Notes: generated by a model not told the origin, from the sequence alone. A stretch of 64,000 nt of DNA from Azolla caroliniana (GCA_043228905.1 JBHGNT010000004.1:8246001-8310000), one strand, 5' to 3'; shown: positions 25,146 to 37,319, numbered from the stretch's first letter. Translations and numbers: made by a program.

Positions 25146-28100
25146 ATGGACGATTCGTTGGGAGGCATGTTCAAGCTCACCGGATCGAACTATTCAGTGT
25201 GGAAGTCGAAGATGAGGGACATGCTCATGGTTAAAGATCTTTGGTTGCTGGTTTAGTTCGGGGACAAGAGACCGCACAAAATCGATACCACGATATGGGA
25301 GGTGATGACATGAAGACAACGGCGTACATACGGTGCTTCATTGACATGAGTCTATACAACAACTTCAATGAGGAGAGCAAGGCTCATGAGCTCTGGGAGA
25401 AGATCGACATTATGTTTCAGAACAAAAATGTTGTTAATCAGGTTTCGGTATTTCGGAAGCTAGTAAGACGTCGGTACCAAGATGGCTCCAGCATGGCGGA
25501 GCACATGAATGCCTTCCAGGGGCTGATACACCAGGCAACATCATTGGAAGTACCTCTCGCTGATGAGGTACTAGCACTACTCCTGCTCAGTTCCCTCCCA
25601 GATAGCTGGGAGATGTTGGTTGTCACTTTGGGCAATGCTGGGCCGGAAGGGAAACGGTTATCCCTAGCAAGAGTGAAGTTGAACTTGTTAGATGAGGAGG
25701 CGCGTCAGAAAGATAAGGATACAAGGTCCGACTCCAAAGCGCTCCTTACCGAATCGGAACGCGGAAGACAAAGGAACCGTAGTCCCCAGAACCGGGAAAA
25801 GTCGGGGACACGGTCAAAGTTAAGGGAGAGGTCTACTTGCTTCTATTGCGGCAAGCCAGGACACTTCCAGAAGAACTGTCGGCACTTCCGAAAAGACAAG
25901 GAAACTGACGGTACCGATTCGAAGCAGACACCAGACCGGAACGGTAAAGACCGGAGGGGGCTGGACCGGAAGGGAATGACGGCAATCGCGGCAAGTGAAG
26001 AAGAGTTGATGCTCATCACCGAGGAGAGTGAGTTAAATCATCGATGGGAATCCGGCTCGAATTTACCGTGCCGAAGATGTCGGAACTAAAGGGGCTGGCC
26101 GAGAGGATGAACCAGACCATAATGGAGAGGGTTTGGAGTATGCTGGCAGATGTAAAATTACCCAAGAAGTTTTGGGCTGAGGCACTGTCGATGGCGACAT
26201 ATGTGATAAACAGATCACCCTTAGTACCCTTGGATAGAGACACGCCACAAAGAGTCTGGACCGGTGAGGAAGTGTCCTATCGGCATCTGAAGGTATTTGG
26301 GTGTCTTGCGTACGTGCATGTAGCTAAGGATTGGAGAGGAAAGTTAGATCCGAAGACCTGACCATGCATATTCCTCGGTTACGACGACGATGAGTTCGAC
26401 TACCGAGTGTGGGACCCGGTCGTCCAGAAAGTATTCTGAAGTGGAGATATTATCTTCATGGAGGACAAGACGCTCGCCGACTGGGAGTCGGAGAAGAAGA
26501 TAATGAACTCCGAGTCGACCGGTAAAGAAAAATTTCGATTTGATGAAATGCAGTTCCAACCGGCAAGAAGCCGGTTAGCACTCGATGAACTGGCCGGTGA
26601 CGGTGAGGAGACAAAACTGGCCGAAGAAGAAGAAGGAATAGGTGAAACCGAAACCGGACAAAACCCCGAATCGGATTTGGATGAAGAGCAAATGGAGGAG
26701 CTGGTTACCGAAACCCAAGGACGCAGATATCCTCTAAGAGAGAGAAGGCCCCCCCGGAGATTTCCGAATCCAGAGCACGTGTTACTAACCGATAAGGGGG
26801 AGCCAGAAAGCTTCGAGGAAGCTAAAAGTGATGCCCATAGCTGCAAATGGTTGAGTGCCATGCAGGATGAGATGGATTCCTTGCATGAGAACCATACGTA
26901 TGAATTGGTGGAGTTGCCAAAAGGAAAGCGGGTACTTCGAAACAAGTGGGTGTACAAGTTGAAACCGGGAAATGTCGGCAACCCCCCGAGATACAAAGCC
27001 AAGATCGTGGTGAAGGGTTTCCAGTAGAAGAAGGGCGTGGACTTCGACGAGATATTTGCCCCAGTAGTAAAGATGACTTCCATCCAGACGGTGCTAAGTA
27101 TAGCAGCAAGCATGGACCTCGAGGTAGAGCAGCTGGACGTGAAGATGCCATTTCTTCACGGTGACCTCGAAGAGGAGATCTACATGCAGCAACCGGAAGG
27201 ATTCGTGGAAAAAGGGAAGGAGCATTTGGTTTTCCGGTTGAAGAAGAGCCTGTACGGATTGAATCAGGCTCCCCAACAATGGTATCGGAAGTTCGACTCC
27301 TTCATGACCGACCAAGGATATCACAAAACGCAAACCGATCACTGCACCTTTGTGAAGAAGTTCGAAGGAGGCGAACCCCTGATACTCCTTCTGTACGTGG
27401 ACGACATGTTGATCGTCGGACAGGACCAAGCCAAAATACAGATGTTGAAGAAGGCTCTCAACCAATATTTCTCAATGAAAGACTTGGGCCCGGCAAGACA
27501 GATACTGGGGATGCACATCATCCGGGACCGGTCAAAGAAACAATTCTGGTTGTCACAGGAGAAATACGTGACAAAGGAGCTTCAGCGGTTCAACATGTCA
27601 GAAGCAAAACCGATCGGATCGACACTCCCGGCAAACAGCAGATTATCTGGTAAGCAAAGCTCGAAGACAAAAGCAGAGAAGGCACTGGAACGCTGTCAAA
27701 TGGATACTCTGGTACTTGAAGGGCACTTCGAATATGTGTCTCCGATTCGGCTCCAGTAAACCTCAACTTGACGGTTTTACCGATTCGGATATGTCGGCTA
27801 ATGTGGATACCAGCCGGTTTACATCCGGGTATATAATGACATATGCAAGGGGAGCTGTTTCGTGGCAGTCGAGGCTGCAGAAGACGGTTGCGTTGTTAAC
27901 CACGGAGGCAGAGTACATGAAGGCTGTTGAAGCCGGTAAGGAAATATTATGAATGAAGGACTTCATCGAAGAGCTCAATATCCGGCAAGATGAATACCGG
28001 CTCTATTGCGACAGTCAAAGTGTCATCCACCTTAAGAATGCTGCGTACCATTCCAGGACGAAGCACATCTAGTGTAGGTATCACTGGATCCGGGAGCGAG

Positions 28101-28240
28101 TAGAAGATAGAGAGTTCGCGCTGACGAAGATCGACACAACCGAGAACGGGTCAGATATGCTGACCAAAGTATTGATACCCGACAAGCTGGATGCATGTCG
28201 GAAGCGGATCAGACTAGTAAGACATCCCATGCCGGAGTGA
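25146..28240 (+). pseudogene. Copia D gag-pol; protease and N-terminal integrase deleted (~26040), second deletion in RT (~27682)
   Basis: Comparison with A0: ESELN|GIRLEFTVP and KAEK|HWNAVKW junctions. Confidence 0.88.
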
Positions 28241-28513
28241 AGGGGGAGTTTGTTAGGAAACAGGTCCGTCCGGATGGGAATTGAGAAGAACCGTGTTTAT
28301 GAGCAACTCGGCCAAGGCCGATGGGCCGAGGTCGAAACTGGAAATCGTGGAGATAGCCAATACGGAAGGCTAAACTTGTAAATAGTCGAAAGGTTACATT
28401 AGTATATAAGTACTTAGGGCAATCATGTTAGGTCTGTGTTAACTGAAAAGTCACTGTTGTCGAGGTCATGGCCTCTGTAACCGTGAAAGTGAACGATTGT
28501 GAGTGGAAGCGAG

Positions 28514-28957
28514 TGTCATGAACACATGACCATTATGGCGTCACCCGGACTTCAACCTCGAACCTTGTAATCCATACTTGAAAACCTCAACCATTAAGAT
28601 AGCTTATTGTTATATGAAACAATAAAAGCTACTTCTTGTATTACATTGATTATTGTAAAAACTCTAGAGATTTCTAGAATGTTCTAGAATGTCCTAGACC
28701 ATTCTAGGTCTAGAACATTCTAGAACATTCTAGAAATCTCTAACCTATTCTATAGGAACCTATAAATAAGGGCATACATGTATTCTCAAATCAATTCGAA
28801 TCAACACCAGTCTTTAGCTCTCATTACATATCTTGTATCCATTCTCTTTCTTTCTCTATCTTATACACCCATTCTTCTCTTAGTATTTGGTTCCTTTCTT
28901 CTTGTGTTCTCTAATATCCTTCTTCCATCACTCTATCTTTTATCCTTGGTTCTGACA
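28514..28957 (+). repeat. 5' LTR of Gypsy E
   Basis: TG...CA ends; repeated at ~32538-32958. Confidence 0.9.
28667..28768 (+). promoter_or_regulatory. Palindromic heat-shock element array plus TATA box in LTR E (second copy at 32668-32769)
   Basis: TTCtaGAAtgTTCtaGAA and GAAcaTTCtaGAAcaTTCtaGAA forming a 34-bp-arm inverted repeat, followed by CCTATAAATA. Confidence 0.8.
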
Positions 28958-29015
28958 GCGAGTGAGCTTCTATCTCTCTCTCTCTCTTATCCTCCTTTGT
29001 AACCATCTTGAAACC

Positions 29016-30179
29016 ATGGCTGCCATTAACTCAGAAGAATATCTCACCCTTGTTGCAGAAATGGAGAACCTTAAATCCAAGTTCGCATCTCTTGAAGTAG
29101 AGAATCAACGTCTACTTGGGGATCTACAAAAGGTTACTATAGAGAAGCAACAACAACAAGAGGAGTTCATGCGATGAGTGCAACAGTTAGAGTCGACAAT
29201 CGTCGTGTTACAACAACAAAGGGTTGAAGGTCAGGGACTTATCAAGGAGCGCAAAATTAGCCTCCCAGCTAAATTTGATGGGCCGAGGGCGCATTTCTGA
29301 GGTTTTTTGAATCAAGTACGGTTGGTGATTCAAATGCATCCCACACATTATCCAACAGATGCATCATGAGTCGGGCTAGTGGGCACTTTATTGACTGGCA
29401 TAGCGTTGTCGTGGTTTGCTCCATTGCTAGAGACCAATTCTCCTCTACTGAATAATTTCGAGGAATTTATCAAGGAATTTAAGGCTTGTTTCGGAGATAC
29501 TGATGGGGCAAGAACAACTATCAACAAGATTCGTACACTTCGTCAAGGTGATCAACCAGCTTCGACATATGCTGCCAATTTCTGTCTCATCGCAAGCGAT
29601 ATTCCTTGGGATGAACAAGCCCTAATGGAGCAATTCCGTTCAGGCCTTCGTAGTGATGTCAAAGACTTACTTCTTACCTTCCCCGAGGATCCAAGGTCAC
29701 TTACAGAAGCTATTAGTCGAGCAATACGGTGTGATAATCACCTTTTTGAGCGTCGATGTGAGCGACAACAACAAATAACAAGATCAAGATTCACACCAAC
29801 TTATGCATCAGTAATGGCGCAATCATCCCCAAGGCAAATGTATAGCCCTGCTGCAACTGCAAGGCAAACACGTAGTCTAGTCCGAATGGATAGCCCTGCA
29901 CCCATGGAGATCGATATGACTCAACGACGAGGACCGTTGTCAAACGAAGAGAAGCAACGTCGTCGAGCAAACCATCTGTGCTTATATTGCGGAGGTCCAG
30001 GTCATATAGCCATTCATTGCTCCCGTAGGCCGAGACGTCAGGTAAATCAAATTCACTATGACAATAAAAATGAGTCTAACATTTTAGAAGCAGTTAGTGA
30101 ATCTAATATTATGAATAATCCACCCTTGTCCAATAAATTTGAAGTCCTAAGCCAATTAGAAGAGGAGTCAAACGAATAA
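29016..30179 (+). pseudogene. Gypsy E gag with in-frame stops
   Basis: ORFs 28962-29177 and 29379-30179 in the same frame. Confidence 0.85.
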
Positions 30180-30205
30180 GTCCGGCCAAAATAGGAGCCA
30201 TTTGG

Positions 30206-32537
30206 TTGGACAACCCTAGATATGTACAACCTAGTTTGGGTTCCATTTCTTCCAAGCATGTTAGTAGAGTCTTCTCAACCCTAGTACAAGTTAGGACACC
30301 CAGTTGTCAACTTCAAGTCCAAGCCCTCTTAGATACTGGAGCCAATTCTTGTTTCATGGATAGAGATTTTGCCCAAAAACACCAAATATCCTTGCATACA
30401 CTTCCTTGTCCCGTTTCCGTAGTAGTGATTGATGGACGCCCCATAGCTTCTGGGAAGATATTTGAAGAGTCTGAGCCAATACACATACTCTTGGGTGATT
30501 TAGGATGTGTAGTTTCCTTTAACATAATCCGTAGTCCTGAGCATCCAATTGTCCTCGGTTTGCCATGGTTCGAGCTACATAACCCTAGAATCGATTGGAG
30601 GAAGCGAGAAACTAGGTGCCCTTTAGCAGAAAATATCATTGTCAAGGATCGAACCCGGGATTATCCTCCCAAAGTATATAGTTCTACCGATGCACCATAT
30701 CCTTCTCATCAAATTTCAGCCATCACATTGCAACAATTGCGCCAAGTGGGAGGCAAGGAGAACCTTTCCTTATTTGCACTATCAGTGACACCTTCTAGTG
30801 TCACTCAAGGGAATTCAGACATCCAAATTCCCAAAAAATATCAAGACTATGCTGATGTTTTCGACAAAGTCAAAGCTAGTGTTCTTCCAAAGCATCGACC
30901 GTACGACTGTCCTATTGATCTCCAACCAGGAAAAGAGCCACCATGGGGTCCGATTTACAATTTATTACCCACTGAGCTTGAGGTTCTTCGTGAATACATC
31001 GAGGAAAATCTTGCACATGGGTTTATTCGACATTCAAAGTCTCTAGCTGGTGCTCCTATCTTTTTGGTGAAGAAAAAGGACGGCTCCCTTCGTTTGGTCG
31101 TGGACTATCGAGGCATAAATAAAGTCACCATAAGGAATAGGTATGCTTTACCTTTAATCTCCAATCTCTTAGAACCCATTGGTGGGGCAAAGAATTTTAC
31201 CAAAATTGATCTAAGGGGTGCATATAATCTTGTTCGAATTCGGCCGGGAGATGAGTGGAAAACAACATTTCGTACTCGGTATGGTCATTTCGAGTATACA
31301 GTCATGCCTTTCGGGCTCACAAATGCACCTGCAGTATTCCAACATATGGCAAATGACATCTTTCGGGATTTCTTGGATATTTTTCTAATCATCTACCTAG
31401 ATGATCTATTGATTTACTCTAAAACACAGGGGGAGCATGCTATACATGTGCGGCAAGTACTTGAACGCCTAAGGACGTATGGTCTTTATGCCAAACTTGA
31501 GAAATGTAGTTTTGATTGCAAACAAGTCGAATTTTTGGGATACACTATTTCATCCCAGGGTGTTTTCATGGACTCGGCAAAAGTCCAAACAATATTGGAA
31601 TGGAAACCCCCATGCTCAGTTTAGGATGTTCAGTGTTTCCTCGGATTTGCGAACTTCTATCGCAAATTCATACATAATTATTCAAGCATTGTGTTGCCCC
31701 TTACTCAACTCACCAAGAAAAATCAAGCATTTTTTTGGAGTATCGAAGCGGACAAGGCTTTTACGCAGCTGAAAGAGGCATTCACATCAGCACCCATCCT
31801 AGCACATATTGATCCTGAAAAGCCATTTACTATTGAGGCGGATGCATCAGACTTTGCATTGGGGAGTATCCTATCGCAACCAGGCGAGGACGGGCAGACA
31901 CATCCAGTCGCGTTTCACTCGAGAAAATTTACTGTTTCGGAGATAAACTATGAGGTGCATGACAAGGAGTTACTAGCTGTGGTCGACTCATTCGAGCAAT
32001 GGCGTCATTTTCTAGAAGGATCACCTCATCAGATTATCATTTATAGTGATCACAAAAATCTCACATATTTTCAAAAAGCTCGAGTATTAAATAGACGACA
32101 AGCTCGGTGGGCCCAATTTCTAACACGTTTCGATTTCAAGATCATTTTTCGCCTTGGAAAACAACAAGGGAAAGTAGATACTCTGTCTTGGCGTTCGTAT
32201 CTAGCACTTCGACCTGGAGATCCGGCCTTTGACAATCAAAAGAAAACTCTCCTCGGGCCATCAAAGCTACAGGTAACAACAATTTATGCCACGCCACTTA
32301 GATTCTACCCTTCTTGACACTATTCGCCAACAACTTCATTCGGATGATTTTGCTAAGGATGTCTTAGCCCACTGTGGTTCAAGTCGTCCATCTTCCTCCA
32401 CATTAGCTAGGGTCATCTCAACATTATTAGGACTTCAAGTGGCAAGATGGCTTACTCTTCTACAAGAATCTCCTTTACGTCCCCGACGGATCACCCCGAC
32501 TTCAAGTGTTGGAACATTGTCATGATGCCCCCATGGC
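30206..32537 (+). pseudogene. Gypsy E pol (PR-RT-RNase H), truncated at the start of the integrase zinc finger
   Basis: ORFs 30206-31624 and 31691-32317; ends ...LEHCHDAPMA at the LTR. Confidence 0.88.
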
Positions 32538-32958
32538 TGTTGACCCCAGACTTGAACCTCGAACCTTGTAATCCATACTTGAAAACCTCAACCATTAAGA
32601 TAGCTTATTGTTATATGAAACAATAAAAGTTACTTCTTGTATTACATTGATTATTGTAAAAACTCTAGAGATTTCTAGAATGTTCTAGAATGTCCTAGAC
32701 CATTCTAGGTCTAGAACATTCTAGAACATTCTAGAAATCTCTAACCTATTCTATAGGAACCTATAAATAAGGGCATACATGTATTCTCAAATCAATTCGA
32801 ATTAACACCAGTCTTTAGCTCTCATTACATATCTTGTATCCATTCTCTTTCTTTCTCTATCTTATACATCCATTCTTCTCTTAGTATTTGGTTCCTTTCT
32901 TCTTGTGTTCTCTAATATCCTTCTTCCATCACTCTATCTTTTATCCTTGGTTCTGACA
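32538..32958 (+). repeat. 3' LTR of Gypsy E (5' boundary irregular)
   Basis: Identical to the 5' LTR except for a few substitutions and the first ~40 nt. Confidence 0.88.
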
Positions 32959-33499
32959 GCGAGTGAGCTTCATAGCCGCCTGTAGGTGAAGCAGGATCTC
33001 GAGGTCGTTGCCTCTGAGATCTCTGATTGTATTCCTTTCTCTCTTATAGTGTTCTGTTTCGGAGTTTGTGGACTCCACGTGGTTTTTTCCCGGTTCGGGT
33101 TTCCACGTTAAAATCTATGTCATTCTTAGTTTCTGTATTCTGTTTTTTCCCTTTCCATTAGATTCACTATTATTCCGCACATATACAACCGGTTGTGGCC
33201 GACAATGATTTGAACTTCAACACTTTGGTTGGTCAGTGCCTCTACTGTTGCCGCATTCGTCCCCTCGCTGCCACCTTCCATTGCCCTCGGTCTCACGTTG
33301 CCACGTTGGCCGAATAGCCAGGGTCTCCGGGCAGGTGTGAAGGATCCTTCTCGGGCCTCCATTTAGTTGGGTCACTGAGTCGTGTGCCAAGCGCTTCCGA
33401 TCATTGTCATGCATCCGGTTCGCGGTCGCCTCGTCAGCCTCATACCTCCTTTCGCTTTGCTTCCCGTCGTCTGATCATGTTCTCCTGCCACCACTATCC

Positions 33500-35230
33500 T
33501 TTCCTATAGGACTCACACCGGCACTCGGGCCAATCTCCGGATCGGTGTGAGGATCTTCGTGGGACCTCCCCTTCTGCCTTCGGTTGCTTGCCTTGCCGCC
33601 GCGACCGTTCCTTACTCTAGGTCTCACGCCGACTCTCGGGCCGACCACCGGAGTGTTTAGAATCGGTGTGTGTAAGGTCACGGTAGCACCGCTTGCCCTT
33701 TTCTTCCGTCCTTTCTGTTGGTCACGTTCACTTGCCGCCACTGATCTCTCCTATAGGACTCACGCCGGCACTCGGGCCGACTGTCAGATCGGTGTGAGGA
33801 TCTTCGTAGACCGCCCACCCTGAGTCCTTTCGTCTTCAAACCGGTGTGAAAGATCCTCCTAGGGCTTGTCGTATCTCTGGCCCTTATCTTGGGTCGTCTT
33901 TCTCCACAATTTGAGAGGGTGGCTCGCTCCACATCCTCTCCCATGGTACCGACGTACCGTGTTCCCGGCCTCTTCGTAGGCCTGCTCTCTCCCCTCTTCC
34001 GGATCGGTTATCTAAAAGTCCACCCCGCCCGGTTCTCGTCCGGGTCCGTCCGTCATTCTCTGGATTGCCGGGTCCCGTTCCCTTACCGCCACCATTCTCT
34101 CCTATAAGACTCATACCGGCACTCGGGCCGACCGCCGGATCGGTGTGAGGACCTCCATAGGACCGGTCATCGTTCTCCTCTTCATCCCTTGTACTACTCC
34201 CGAACTCATCGTCGCTGATCCTCCTTTCTGCGCTTCCCCACTATCTCCCTTCTCTTTCGGTCTCACGTTACCATGTTGGCTTGAACTGCCGAAGTCTCCA
34301 GTCAAGATGTGGGGACCGATTTCATAACGTCTTTCGGTGACTCGTCCGGGGACACCGACCCTTTTAGTGGTGTTGGTGGAAAGCATCCGCTCCGTGATCG
34401 ATCAAGCCCTGCCTGGGCTTGATTCTCCAATGTCCGGAGTTTCGGCTCCGATGTCGATCCCACCGGACTCGTTTTGTACTGTCGATCATCTTCTTCCCGA
34501 TTCCCGACCTTCGCCCGGTCAGTCTTTCTCCCCATGTAAAAGAGGGCGGCTCGTTCTGCACCCTCTCCCGTATCGGCACCGTCATGCCAATCTTGGCCCC
34601 GGTCGAACATTCCACGACCGGATCGCGCTCCACCCGAATCGGAATGCCACGCAGTTTGGTCCCTAGTTGGGTTGTTTCTTTGTTCCTTCATCGACCTTCT
34701 TGCGGGCCATCTCCCATCCTTCTTCGCTGGCATCGTGCCAGGACTCCTCGATACCGTCATCCATCTCCTTGGTCTCTCGTGGGCATATGAGCCCGAATGC
34801 CGAGTTCTCCGGATTTTGCCCCGAGGGCTCTTGTTCGTTCCTTCCCCATATCGTCTCGCCGGTGATTCTTGGTCTCACGCCGCTGCCTTCCTCCTCTTGG
34901 GACTCACATGGGCATTCGGGCCCAACTGCCATCGTCTCGGGAGCAAGTGTGGGAAGACACAAAGAATCACCCGTCCGTTTTACGCCCTTGTCCGTAGCCA
35001 CCGGCTCCTCGTGGTCGGTGGTCGTCTTCTTACCGATCGCGCAAGCCCCGCATGGGCTTGCTTCTCCTATGTCTGGAGTTTCAGGCTGACATGTTCGTAA
35101 CCGCCAGTCCCAACATTCTGACTCTGCGATTGGTATCTCGGCCTTGTCCTTGGCCGTTCTATTTTCGCAAGCCAAGAGGGCGTTTTGTTCTGCACCCTCT
35201 CCCATATCGGCACCGTCATGCCTATCTTCT
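33500..35230. repeat. Dispersed internal repeats in Gypsy F
   Basis: A ~60-bp unit CCTATAGGACTCACACCGGCACTCGGGCC...GATCGGTGTGAGGA at ~33503, ~33750 and ~34100; longer homology between 34400-34590 and 35040-35225. Confidence 0.75.
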
Positions 35231-35540
35231 GCCATCTCGCGAGGCAAGAGCTATGTATGCCTTTGCAATCTTGGCCCCGAAGCCGAGCCTTGCCGATTCT
35301 CTTTGCCGTTCGACTTCTTCTCGCTTTGATGGCGCGCCGTTGCACGCCTTCATCCTAGCCTTCTCGGCTCGCTCGTCATCTAGCCGTTGGCATACCCTTC
35401 CGACCTTCGACCAGTCCTCCGTAAGGCCATTCGCTCCGTCATCATCTTCGAGCTCAATCCTAATGGGGTCCTGTTCCGCTCGGTCGATTGACCTAATGAA
35501 CAACAAGACTTTGTCTGCCCCCACCAAACCTTGTTCCCGC

Positions 35541-36676
35541 TGTCGTGAAGTACGAAAGCTTCACATTAAAAGTCTACAATAAGTTAAATACGTAATGAAA
35601 ATAACATTTGATAATGTTTTATATATAAAGATAATATTAACAACACATATGATAATATTATATATATATAAAGAAAAATAATATATATATAGATAAATAT
35701 ATTATATTACATGAACAAGAGAGGACTTGAACCAATAACCCCACCCTATGACTCTCAAATCTTGCCATTTACTCTATACTAGTAATATACATAAAATAAA
35801 GCATACTTTATATATACTTTATATTACATAAAGGATTTGCTTCATGATATAAAAATAAAGTTTTATGTTGTATTCAATAGTATTTTGAGACTCGAACCCA
35901 CAACCTCATACACCAAAGTCAACACACCTACCATTAGGCTAGGCCCTCTCTCTTTAAGATTATATTTTCATGTTTATTGTTATTGTATATATTGTTTCAT
36001 ACATAAAAGCTCAAATGAGCGAGATGTTTATCATGCATCACATGTAATGCATGAACGCCAAATGGCGATCATGCATCACATGCATTTCATGCACTACATG
36101 CATGACTTGTACCCTCCAATGCATCATATGCATGGGGGCACCTATTTAAATGGTGAAAGAGAAGATCAAAGGGAGATATGTATGAGATATCAATCAAATT
36201 ATGTATTTCTTAAGAGATACCATAAAAATAGAGAAAGAAGGGAAGAAGTTTAACATAAACATGGAGCTCTAGCTTGGCGGTCGTGGTGGTCAACTCTCAA
36301 CAAGAGGGAGGCGGTTCGAGCCTGATCTTCATCAAAATATTGAAGTGAAGATTGTAATGGTCTACAATCAAGAAAGAGAAGAGCGATTACCTTGCAAGAC
36401 AAAGTTCGGAGGTTCAACGCCGTGCACAATCATTTTGTAACTCTTTCATGAAAATGATTATAAATTTCATACACTTTCTCATATATTATTTTATATCTTA
36501 TCTTGTCTTATCTTATATTCCTTAAAAATCCTATTTTGTCATATCTTATTGATCTCTATTCACTCTATCTCTACTCTTTCGTCTCTTCCGTCCATAATCC
36601 CTGTGATTCCTTCCTCACTTTCACGTTATCCTTTGTGTGCGCAACGCTACGCTTCTAGGCGAGCCACGTCACGACA
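35541..36676 (+). mobile_element. Solo LTR (related to the Gypsy B LTR) inserted in F gag
   Basis: TGTCGTGAAG...TCACGACA with a perfect 4-bp TSD CCGC (35537-35540 / 36677-36680). Confidence 0.92.
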
Positions 36677-37135
36677 CCGCTCCGGGAGTCGAGCAAGCTG
36701 TCACTTGAACTCTCAGAACGCCTTCGTTGCGCACCAGTGGGTCTTCGCTGACGCAACCCACTGGTCAAAGCTGCGTCGTCCCCGGGTTTTCCGCCGTCCT
36801 CCATATGCCTGTAGGAGCGCCTCTTCAAAGGCCTCCCACGAACTATGAGCTTCTCGGAGCTCCTTCACTTCCGCGTGCATACGGACAACGACGGCCCTAC
36901 AGAAGAACTTCAGCCTCAAGGCATCGTCCACGTCTCGCTCCTCCATTTCCATGTTGTAGGCTTCCAAGTAGAATGGGACCTTGTCCTCGTTGAAACGGTC
37001 GACTCTTTCGAGCACTCGCTCAACCGCTTGCTACGCTGACTCTCGTCTTGTTGTTCTTTGTCCAAACTCCCTCACCACTTCGACAAAAACTTGCGCGAAG
37101 TCGTCTTCTTCCATCTCCATTCTCCCTTGCCACCC

Positions 37136-37153
37136 TTCACGTCGGGTTCACCA
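37136..37153 (-). promoter_or_regulatory. PBS, exact 18-nt complement of the plant tRNA-Trp 3' end
   Basis: The plus strand reads TTCACGTCGGGTTCACCA. Confidence 0.9.
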
Positions 37154-37157
37154 AATA

Positions 37158-37271
37158 TGTAGCATTGCTATGCGCGTGCGTGTGGAAGGGGCGTGACCAC
37201 GGGGGTCTCAGACGAGGGAGAAAGGGAGTTCAAGAAAACTGACTCCGGACACGTACCGGAGGCTACCAAAC

Positions 37272-37319
<48 letters not shown>

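Larger units (their letters stand above)
28514..32958 (+). mobile_element. Gypsy E: Tcn1/Tf2-like element lacking integrase, inserted in the Copia D 3' LTR
   Basis: LTRs 28514-28957 and ~32538-32958, nearly identical; 5-bp TSD GCGAG (28509-28513 / 32959-32963); gag with PAPMEID and CLYCGGPGHIAIHC; LLDTGA protease; PPWGPIY..YLDD RT; RNase H. Confidence 0.93.
24610..33222 (+). mobile_element. Copia D (same family as A0), internally deleted; 3' LTR interrupted by Gypsy E; no TSD
   Basis: LTRs 24610-~25113 and 28251-28513 + 32964-33222; PBS TAGTATCAGAGC (Met type); PPT GAAGGGGGAG; gag CCHC, partial INT, RT, RNase H. Confidence 0.93.

Noticed and set aside
33475-35582. Many overlapping ORFs as novel genes
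   Set aside because: GC-rich, low-complexity repeats give open frames on both strands; only the gag-like part (35222-35527) has recognisable homology.
37136-37153. tRNA-Trp gene fragment
   Set aside because: Only the 18-nt 3' end including CCA, 4 nt from an LTR; this is a PBS.
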